Under the pieces are notes generated by a model. That model did no database searches and was not told where the DNA came from. It saw nothing but the letters and a program-made list of their open reading frames with translations. From a virus (lineage: Duplodnaviria > Heunggongvirae > Uroviricota > Caudoviricetes): a stretch of 64,000 nucleotides of DNA. Position 1 is the stretch's first letter, and each line of letters begins with the position of its first letter. Made by a program: the position numbers and the translations under genes. This document shows, one piece after another, positions 56,732 through 64,000 of this stretch. Location of the stretch: the IMG/VR virus record IMGVR_UViG_3300032116_012976; one strand, written 5' to 3'.

Positions 56732-57525
56732 CCACTGGCGCACTGATATTTGCTTTTGACAACGAGCAAACTGATTATATTTCTATGGCAGCATGGTCTG
56801 CCAAAAACATACACCGACATCTTGGAATTCCTGTGGCTGTGGTAACTGATTATGAAAACCCGCCAGGCGACTTTGATTATGTCATAAATTCTCAGGCACA
56901 AAGTGGTGGTACCAGATACTTTGAAGATTACAATCAAACTGTGACTTGGCACAATGCTGGTAGAGTAGATGCATATACACTAAGCCCGTGGGAACAGACC
57001 CTGGTACTAGATGCAGACTATGTTGTGGCCAGCTCAGACCTCAAAACTGTTTTGGCATGTGACACAGATTTCATGTGTCACAAAACTGCTGTAAATCTTG
57101 CTGGCGGCCATCCGTTAACAGGACTCAATGTATTTGGACGTCACAACATTCCCATGTATTGGGCCACTGTGATGATGTTTCGACGATCAAACACTGCACA
57201 GTACATTTTTGATTGTATGAACATGATTCGTGACAACTGGCAACACTACAGAGATCTCTATCAGATAGACAAGAAAACTTATAGAAACGACTTTGCGTTG
57301 ACCATCGCCATCGGCATTGTAAGCGGGCACACTGGCTCAGTAGACCAAATTCCCTGGCCCTTGATGACTGCCATGCCCGACACTGTGTTGACCAGTAATA
57401 GCCCAGACTACTACACAATAAATTACATGGACGGTGATCAAAAGCACAAAACTCTGGGTTGGGCAGGTATGGATTTTCACGCCATGGGCAAACGTCATTT
57501 GGAGATGATAATTGCGTCCCATTGA
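56728..57525 (+). CDS. Glycosyltransferase-like protein (GT-A, GT8-like)
   Basis: GALIFAF..., R.DAY.LSPW..TLVLDAD (DxD), YWATVMMF, YRNDFA and FHAMGK. Confidence 0.65.
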   Translation: MTTGALIFAFDNEQTDYISMAAWSAKNIHRHLGIPVAVVTDYENPPGDFDYVINSQAQSGGTRYFEDYNQTVTWHNAGRVDAYTLSPWEQTLVLDADYVVASSDLKTVLACDTDFMCHKTAVNLAGGHPLTGLNVFGRHNIPMYWATVMMFRRSNTAQYIFDCMNMIRDNWQHYRDLYQIDKKTYRNDFALTIAIGIVSGHTGSVDQIPWPLMTAMPDTVLTSNSPDYYTINYMDGDQKHKTLGWAGMDFHAMGKRHLEMIIASH

Positions 57526-58279
57526 TGAACAAGGTTATGTGATACTGGCTGTCAACTCTGACAAAGTTGACTACTTGGATTGTGCTAGAACATTGACCAA
57601 AACAATCAAACGTTGGGATCCAGGTGCAAAGGTTTGTTTGATCACAGATGCCAAGCAAAGCAACGATCCCGTATACGATCACTATCGAGTGATTGACAAT
57701 GTGGATCGTGAAAACCCTTGGGCCAATGATTGGCAGGTATTCAAGAACTCACCGTTTAGGGAAACCATAAAGCTAGAAGCAGACATGCTGATTGTGAGTG
57801 ACATATCGCACTGGTGGACCTTGTTTAGGCATCGTGATGTTGTGGTATCAACTGGTTGCAGAAACTGGCAAGACCAAGTCAGTCTAGCTAGAAACTACAG
57901 ATCAGTGTTTGATGCAAACAACTTACCAGATGTGTACAATGCCATAACTTACTGGCGATTGAGCCTCACAGCTCGAGAGTTCTTTATGTTAGTGCGTGAT
58001 ATATTTGCCAACTGGCCGCAATTCAGGCAACTGTTGAAGTTTGCACCCGAAACAGCAGATACTGATCTAGTGTATGCCATGGCAGCTGAAATAATGGGTG
58101 TAGAACGTGTGACCTTGCCATTTGTTTCATATCCAAAAATTGTACACATGAAACGGCACCACGCTGGCACTGAAACTGAACACTGGGGTCGTGAACTGGT
58201 ATGGGAATATTCAGACTGGCGCCTGCGTATCAACACAGTGGCACAGTGGGGTGCATTTCATTACGGGCGAGGCTGGTGA
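57512..58279 (+). CDS. Glycosyltransferase-like protein, paralogue of the upstream gene
   Basis: GYVILA, SPFRETIKLEAD, DVYNAITYW, TDLVYA and HMK; TTG start. Confidence 0.6.
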   Translation: MRPIDEQGYVILAVNSDKVDYLDCARTLTKTIKRWDPGAKVCLITDAKQSNDPVYDHYRVIDNVDRENPWANDWQVFKNSPFRETIKLEADMLIVSDISHWWTLFRHRDVVVSTGCRNWQDQVSLARNYRSVFDANNLPDVYNAITYWRLSLTAREFFMLVRDIFANWPQFRQLLKFAPETADTDLVYAMAAEIMGVERVTLPFVSYPKIVHMKRHHAGTETEHWGRELVWEYSDWRLRINTVAQWGAFHYGRGW

Positions 58280-58608
58280 TGACACCTGAAGAATTTTTTG
58301 GCGCATTGGAACACATGCCTATGCCTATGCCTGTAACTTATCGACTGTATCACGATGACCAAGGTTGTCCTTTATTTTACAGCATGGAAGGTCTGCCTGG
58401 TACATACATAGAAATTGATCAAGAAACATTTGCCAAAAATTCCACTCGTGTGCGTGTTCGAGATGGAAAAATTGTAGAAACAACTTGGAAAACCACACAA
58501 AAACTTGTACCACAAAATTCAGGCACAATGTGTCATCCTGATGATGTAACTATTGTGGTAAAAGAACACGGCACATATTGGAGCAAACAAACTTATGAAA
58601 CAGATTGA
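58276..58608 (+). CDS. Hypothetical protein (~110 aa)
   Basis: Start moved to GTG/ATG at 58276/58279 (GTGATG overlap with the upstream stop); YRLYHDDQG motif. Confidence 0.65.
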   Translation: MMTPEEFFGALEHMPMPMPVTYRLYHDDQGCPLFYSMEGLPGTYIEIDQETFAKNSTRVRVRDGKIVETTWKTTQKLVPQNSGTMCHPDDVTIVVKEHGTYWSKQTYETD

Positions 58609-59518
58609 CGTTGCAGACTTAGATTGCATATACTTGAGCTATGACGAACCACAACGAGAAGAATTTTGGGTCAAGATTAGGAATATGGTTCCTTGGGCAC
58701 AACGGGTGGATGGCGTTAAAGGGAGCGATGCAGCTCACAAAGCGGCAGCCTCAGCGTCTAGTACGGATAGATTCATTCTCATCGATGGCGACAATCTCCC
58801 CGACCCGGCGTTTTTTAATCAGACACTTGTTTTTCCTAATGAAGAATATGAGAGTGCTGTGTTCCGGTGGCGGGCACGTAACCATATCAACGGACTGATG
58901 TATGGCAATGGTGGCCTGAGCTCTTGGACCAAAGACTTTGTGGGCAACATGCGTACACACGAAGCCACAGATGGTCGCGCAGAAACTGAAGTGGAGTTTT
59001 GCTTTGATCCATTGTACTGGCCCATGCATGACTGCTACTCCAATACCTATCCCAATGGATCACCATTCCATGCCTGGCGTGCAGGGTTCCGTGAAGGTGT
59101 CAAGATGTGCCTGCAACGTGGGCGCCGACCCACAGTGGAAGAATTTAAAAATCAGGTGCTACGTAATCTTGACAACTTGACTATCTGGCACAACATTGGC
59201 ACAGACGTTGATCATGGAGAATGGGCCATTGCTGGCAGCCGCCAAGGCACATACATGACCATGCTCACAAACTGGGATTACAAGCAGGTGCAAGATTTTG
59301 CTGCACTAGAGGCGCTGTGGAATACTGTGAAAGATTCAAACCCTCGCATACTCAGCAATCAACTGGGCCCAGAACTGGGCACACAATTGGATCTTCCAAT
59401 GGGTATATTGGAAGCAGAACAATCAGCGTTCTTCAAATATCACTATCGGTCAGACTGGCGCAATCGTGGTGTTATGACACGCGAGATTGATGTAATTAGA
59501 CAACAAGAAGGATGGTAA
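58595..59518 (+). CDS. Glycosyltransferase-like protein (GT2-like)
   Basis: IYLSYDEP, RVDGVKGSDAAH, FILIDGD, N.INGLMYGNGG and AWRAGFREGVK. Confidence 0.65.
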   Translation: MKQIDVADLDCIYLSYDEPQREEFWVKIRNMVPWAQRVDGVKGSDAAHKAAASASSTDRFILIDGDNLPDPAFFNQTLVFPNEEYESAVFRWRARNHINGLMYGNGGLSSWTKDFVGNMRTHEATDGRAETEVEFCFDPLYWPMHDCYSNTYPNGSPFHAWRAGFREGVKMCLQRGRRPTVEEFKNQVLRNLDNLTIWHNIGTDVDHGEWAIAGSRQGTYMTMLTNWDYKQVQDFAALEALWNTVKDSNPRILSNQLGPELGTQLDLPMGILEAEQSAFFKYHYRSDWRNRGVMTREIDVIRQQEGW

Positions 59519-59519
59519 T

Positions 59520-60440
59520 ATGAAAAAATTAATCGCAACACTTTTGGCCGCACTGGCATTGCATGCTCAGGCAGAAGTAATCACAATCAAGTCTCCATAT
59601 GGCGCACAGCATGCAGGGCATGCAGCATTGTATAAAATTATGGAAAAAGCCAATACTGCTCAAACTCAGTACGACTTTATACTAGAGTTAAAACCTGGTG
59701 CTAACGGAGTGTTAGCACTAAAAGATCTGGATCGTGCGCCAGCTACATCGCTGGGATTAATTCATGCTGGCTATGTGCAGAATACCATGGACAATTTGCT
59801 AAACGAAACAGACTATGTTCCGGTTATGGCTCTTGGCGACGCCTGTTGGTTTGTTGCAAGCAACCAGGGTAATGAACAACAGGGTCTACGCAGTTTATAT
59901 GGTAACCGTTTAGATCTGGTCATGGGCGGTGTTGGCATTGGAACAGCAGCACATTTGACTTCTATGGAGATTGCTGAAAAAATAAATCACCCCATTAGGT
60001 TTGTTAGTTTTAAATCAGGTGCAGAAGCAAATATTGTATTGGCTGGAGAAAACGGAGTACATGTCAGCATGATGTCAAGCAACGAATTTACAAATTTAAA
60101 AACACGGAACCCTCGCTTGCAAAGACTAGCTGTACATTGTGAACGCAGACTGCCCGAAGCTCCGGGAGTTGCTACCACAAAACAACAAGGCATCACAGCA
60201 CCGTATGTCTTTAACACAATTGTGGCCAATGTACACATGCCCGCAACCAAACTACAAGAAATCAAAGTTATATTAAACAATGCTGTGGTTGCAGTTGGTC
60301 AAGATCAAATACTGGCCATGAGCGATTTTAATCCTCCTAATTTTAGAAATCAAAGTGTTGATGACTATCACAAAGAAAAAGTGCGTGTTATGAAAGCAGC
60401 ATTGATCAAACACCGTGCGGCAATTGAGGCTGCAAAATGA
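59520..60440 (+). CDS. Tripartite tricarboxylate transporter substrate-binding protein (TctC/Bug family)
   Basis: Signal peptide, KPGANG, GGVGIGTAAHL, F.SFKSGAEA and P.APGVAT..QQG. Confidence 0.7.
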   Translation: MKKLIATLLAALALHAQAEVITIKSPYGAQHAGHAALYKIMEKANTAQTQYDFILELKPGANGVLALKDLDRAPATSLGLIHAGYVQNTMDNLLNETDYVPVMALGDACWFVASNQGNEQQGLRSLYGNRLDLVMGGVGIGTAAHLTSMEIAEKINHPIRFVSFKSGAEANIVLAGENGVHVSMMSSNEFTNLKTRNPRLQRLAVHCERRLPEAPGVATTKQQGITAPYVFNTIVANVHMPATKLQEIKVILNNAVVAVGQDQILAMSDFNPPNFRNQSVDDYHKEKVRVMKAALIKHRAAIEAAK

Positions 60441-61522
60441 AACGAGTGGTACTGGCTGTCGCTGACCCTTGGAACTATTTTAATCAATGGCCAGGATACA
60501 GCTTGTCCATTATCAATCCAGACGGCGATGCCAACCGCAAACAATATCTCTTAGACAATTTAGACTGGAGTTTGTTGGTCACATCTGATGGCGTACAACA
60601 TCGTGATGGTGGTGATTACGGCGACGAGAAAATGGTAATGTACACTTCAGGCACAACCGGAGATTCAAAGTTTTTTAGTTATTCCACCACTCAGGTACAG
60701 CATGTTGTTGATAACATAATTGCCAGCTACGAATTAACAGCCAATGATCGATTTTTGAGCGTTATGCCACTGTGGCATGGCCACGGACATATCCTAAACT
60801 ATGTTGTTGCAACCGCTGGCATGCAAGTACACCATGTTCGACCGCCTGACTTGAAAAAACAAATAGAATTCAGCCCAACCTGGGTGTCTGCAATTCCTGA
60901 CATACTTAGAGTAATGTCACGCACTCAAAAATTCCCCGACTTGCGATTTGCTAGATCAGCCAGTGTTGCATTGCCCAACCAAGTGTTTGATGATTTAAAA
61001 AGATCATTTAATACCCCAATCATTGAATCGTTTGGCATGTCTGAAGCCTGTAGCCATTGCTTTACCAATCCGTTGTATGGTGAACAACGTATAGGAACCA
61101 TTGGACTTCCTGACGGGATTGACGCAGACATACGCAACGGTAGCTTATGGCTGCGCGGCCCACAATGTCACACATCAGATTGGTTTGATACTGAAGACTT
61201 GGCTGAGCAAGACTCTGCAGGATACTACAAAATACTAGGACGTAGATCAGATCGACTGACCTTGCATGGCATCAAACTAAATCCATTGAGCATAGAAAAT
61301 CAACTGTACAATCACATACCACAACTGGATGAAGTTGTGGTGTTTGGCGAAAACAAAATGATGTGTGTGTACACCGGCAATGTTTTGCCCAATCAAGTGC
61401 GACAAGCATTAACTGATATTTCCACACACTGTAACCCCAAGTTCCTTAAACAAGTTGAAAGCATACCTAAAAATACCGCAGGCAAAGTATCACGTTCACT
61501 GCTAAAGGAAATTTACAATTGA
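60437..61522 (+). CDS. AMP-dependent ligase (ANL/acyl-CoA synthetase family, truncated N-terminus)
   Basis: YTSGTTGDSK, PLWHGHG, ESFGMSEA, TEDLA, GRRSD and KNTAGKVSR. Confidence 0.88.
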   Translation: MKRVVLAVADPWNYFNQWPGYSLSIINPDGDANRKQYLLDNLDWSLLVTSDGVQHRDGGDYGDEKMVMYTSGTTGDSKFFSYSTTQVQHVVDNIIASYELTANDRFLSVMPLWHGHGHILNYVVATAGMQVHHVRPPDLKKQIEFSPTWVSAIPDILRVMSRTQKFPDLRFARSASVALPNQVFDDLKRSFNTPIIESFGMSEACSHCFTNPLYGEQRIGTIGLPDGIDADIRNGSLWLRGPQCHTSDWFDTEDLAEQDSAGYYKILGRRSDRLTLHGIKLNPLSIENQLYNHIPQLDEVVVFGENKMMCVYTGNVLPNQVRQALTDISTHCNPKFLKQVESIPKNTAGKVSRSLLKEIYN

Positions 61523-62229
61523 ATATCCTAGTGAACGGACCCAGTGTGTCACGAGGCCCTGGCAGTTGGCCGTACTTGTTGCAAGAGCACTACAACGCCG
61601 ACCTTGTTAATTTGAGTCAGGCAGGGGCTGGAAATACTTACATTCATGAAACTACCGTGGCTGAACTTGCACAACGATCTTATGATCTAGTGGCAATCAT
61701 GTGGGGAGATCAACAACGACTAGATATCAAAGTAAAAAACATTGATTATTTTCATGATACTATCTACACCAGCAAATTCCAAAAGGCCATGAATGATTGG
61801 CCAGAGAAGATAGTAGAGCCTGTTAACGACCAAGACTATGTGCAAGACAACTGGGTGTTTGGTTGCGGATACATCAATACCAAAGATCCTTGTTTGGTAG
61901 AACTGTTTGATTCGTATTACCAGCATACTGACATTGACTCTCGATACTTTAGCAGTATTATCAAAATGATCAGTCTCCAGGGCGTACTTAAAAATCTTGG
62001 AATAAAATATGTATTTTGCGGCACCCGCACATTGCCTTTGTTAAAACGCTACGAACATTTGTACAATCTATTAGATTGGAATTGTATAATCAATGATTTT
62101 ACTCCCCATCACGTGGCCTACCGGGACAATTGCTGGGAAGCTGATCAACTACACCCTGGCCCGGCCGCACACCAAGAATTTGCCAAACACATGATTGCTC
62201 AACTTCAACAAAGACATATACTTACATAA
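61519..62229 (+). CDS. SGNH/GDSL-fold hydrolase or acyltransferase
   Basis: NGPSVS (block I variant), NLSQAGAGN and DQLHP (DxxH); TTG start. Confidence 0.65.
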   Translation: MNILVNGPSVSRGPGSWPYLLQEHYNADLVNLSQAGAGNTYIHETTVAELAQRSYDLVAIMWGDQQRLDIKVKNIDYFHDTIYTSKFQKAMNDWPEKIVEPVNDQDYVQDNWVFGCGYINTKDPCLVELFDSYYQHTDIDSRYFSSIIKMISLQGVLKNLGIKYVFCGTRTLPLLKRYEHLYNLLDWNCIINDFTPHHVAYRDNCWEADQLHPGPAAHQEFAKHMIAQLQQRHILT

Positions 62230-63215
62230 TGATTAATATTCCGCACATTGATCTTAAGATTTGGAATCCTGAATTCAAAACAATTGAAATTGTGTCAGAG
62301 TTACAACAGCACGGCAATGTGTCTATTGGCATTGACGGCGAAGGCAGTGATTGTGAAACGCTGGGCTTGTATAAACTATTGGATGCAGTATGCAGTAACT
62401 TAGGTTACACACCCGGCGCCATAAGCATACACACTTGCAATCAATTAGAACACCATTCTTGCTATAAAATTATTAAACATCCGCCGTTGTACATACCCAG
62501 CGGGCAACAGTTTGCATCTCAGCACACGCTACCTGAGAAACGCTGGGACGCAATCAAGCACTTTGGAATTTTTGTTGGACGTAGCAGTTGGCAACGATTG
62601 TGGATGGCCAGTCACACATGGAGCAACTACGGCGACATAACCTCCATGACTTATCATTACGATAGTAGCGTCGATTATCATCGCACACACTTGAGCTTTG
62701 ATGAACTAGCATATCAAATAGGATTGCCTAATGCAGTTAACACAGCAGGCAAGTTCATGCAACAATTGCCCATCAAGAACGAATCTGTTGATAGCTATCC
62801 TATACTAACTCCAGCACACTTTGCTATTGCTAAACTGTATCCTGATTTTTTTGTGGAAATAGTATGCGAAACTTTTCTAAGCGGCAACAGCTTTTACCCC
62901 ACGGAAAAAACCTGGAGACCGTTTATATGTCGTACACCGTTTTTGACTCTGGGCCCACGTGGCTTTTTGGCAAACTTACACAAGCTGGGATTTAGAACAT
63001 TCTCTCAGTGGTGGGACGAAAGCTACGACCAAGATGCTGACCTAGACAATGGGCGAATAGCCATCAAGTGTATACAACAAACACAACAACGCTTGAGCAT
63101 ACTCAGCACACAGGAGCTTGAAGGCATGTACATTGACATGAAAGATACTTTAGAACATAACTATCAACACTTCATGCAGTTAAAAGAAACGGACTTTGTA
63201 AAAATATGGCCATGA
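62229..63215 (+). CDS. GT-B/exostosin-like glycan-related protein
   Basis: FVEIVCET...FYPTEKTWRP...PFL..G...L..L..LGF.TF..WWDESYD motif common in phage glycan loci. Confidence 0.5.
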   Translation: MINIPHIDLKIWNPEFKTIEIVSELQQHGNVSIGIDGEGSDCETLGLYKLLDAVCSNLGYTPGAISIHTCNQLEHHSCYKIIKHPPLYIPSGQQFASQHTLPEKRWDAIKHFGIFVGRSSWQRLWMASHTWSNYGDITSMTYHYDSSVDYHRTHLSFDELAYQIGLPNAVNTAGKFMQQLPIKNESVDSYPILTPAHFAIAKLYPDFFVEIVCETFLSGNSFYPTEKTWRPFICRTPFLTLGPRGFLANLHKLGFRTFSQWWDESYDQDADLDNGRIAIKCIQQTQQRLSILSTQELEGMYIDMKDTLEHNYQHFMQLKETDFVKIWP

Positions 63216-64000
63216 ACAAAGGCGATGAAACAGTAGACAACAAGAGTCGGTTCCTAAACTCTGCTGAAAAAATGGCAGAGAACCTAGGCCCTGCGCTGTG
63301 CCTGGCCAAATGGAAGCAAGTGAGCCTGCACCTGCCCACAGGACTTAACAATAGTTGTTACCATCCGCCATTGCACAAGATACCCGTAGAAAACTTAGCT
63401 ACCAATCCAGGATCCTTGCACAACACACCGCACAAGAAAGCGCAACGTGTGATGATGCTACGCAACGAAAAGCCCGCAGAGTGCGAGTACTGCTGGAACA
63501 TGGAAGCGGAAAACAAACTGAGTGACAGGCACTATCGTTCAGGCGAGCCTTGGGCCGCAGTGGACTTTGAAAAGATCCAGAACTCAACAGGAGAAGAAAG
63601 TGACGTTATCCCTAGCTACGTTGAGGTTAATTTTAATAATGTTTGTAATCTCATGTGCAGTTATTGCAGTCCGCAATTCTCTAGCAGCTGGCAACAAGAA
63701 GTGGATCGATCAGGCGGCTACCCTACTGCTCGTGTTCACAATGATCCTGGGCATTTTGGTGGAGATCGCCGGGTTATACCAGTTAGAGAGCATAACCCTT
63801 ATGTAGACGCATTCTGGGAGTGGTGGCCTACTTTGTACCCAGAACTGGTGCATTTCCGCATGACTGGGGGCGAACCCTTGTTAGACAAGAACACATACAG
63901 AGTGTTTGATCATGTGTTGGAGAACCCATCTGCCAAACTACATTTGAATGTAACATCAAACTTCTCAGTGGATGAAAAGTCATGGCAGAAGTACTTGGGG
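63212..64000 (+). CDS. Radical SAM enzyme with N-terminal twitch-like cysteines, partial (runs off window)
   Basis: Not in ORF track. Manual translation from ATG 63212: CLAKW...SCYH...ECEYCW...NVCNLMCSYC...MTGGEPLL. Confidence 0.9.
   Translation, partial: MNKGDETVDNKSRFLNSAEKMAENLGPALCLAKWKQVSLHLPTGLNNSCYHPPLHKIPVENLATNPGSLHNTPHKKAQRVMMLRNEKPAECEYCWNMEAENKLSDRHYRSGEPWAAVDFEKIQNSTGEESDVIPSYVEVNFNNVCNLMCSYCSPQFSSSWQQEVDRSGGYPTARVHNDPGHFGGDRRVIPVREHNPYVDAFWEWWPTLYPELVHFRMTGGEPLLDKNTYRVFDHVLENPSAKLHLNVTSNFSVDEKSWQKYLG

Noticed and set aside
58201-58275. Track-predicted N-terminal extension of the 58201 ORF (also 19536-19559 for the SDR)
   Set aside because: Deep overlap with upstream genes; coupled starts at 58276/58279 and 19535 fit the operon pattern better.
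1-64000. Stop-codon reassignment, tRNA/tmRNA genes, integrase or IS elements
   Set aside because: Core genes are full length in code 11 using all three stops; no cloverleaf or T-loop signature and no transposase or recombinase motifs were noticed by eye (tRNAscan/ARAGORN not run).

Overview
A 64-kb segment of a large, T4-like (myovirus-type) bacteriophage genome in the standard genetic code. I found no tRNA, CRISPR array, integrase or transposase. (1) 1-14340, mostly minus strand: fibre-like structural genes, two glycosyltransferase-like genes, and the head module in T4 order (portal gp20, two small/acidic core proteins, protease gp21, scaffold gp22, major capsid gp23), preceded by a tape-measure-like protein carrying an M15-type peptidase domain. 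(2) 14382-17761, plus strand: a gp26-like tail chaperone with an apparent -1 frameshift extension, three poorly characterised genes (one resembling the C-terminal domain of aminoacyl-tRNA-protein transferases), apt and mtnN. (3) 17761-18219: a ~460-nt, densely base-paired non-coding element. (4) 18220-26581, minus strand: Zn-ribbon protein, GIY-YIG nuclease, SDR, two radical SAM enzymes, gp46/gp47 and the gp55-like late sigma factor. (5) 26689-56382, plus strand: contractile baseplate and fibre module including a 4900-aa protein. (6) 56426-64000, plus strand: glycosyltransferase-like genes, a TctC-like binding protein, an adenylating enzyme, an SGNH protein and a radical SAM enzyme. Best leads: the unidentified structured element behind the GIY-YIG/Zn-ribbon unit, the gp26 frameshift, a terminator/RBS-sequestering hairpin with a late-promoter box in its loop, a possible SAM by-product salvage module (MtnN+Apt) serving several radical SAM enzymes, and a possible glycan/acyl modification system. 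All protein assignments come from motif recognition by eye; no database search was run.
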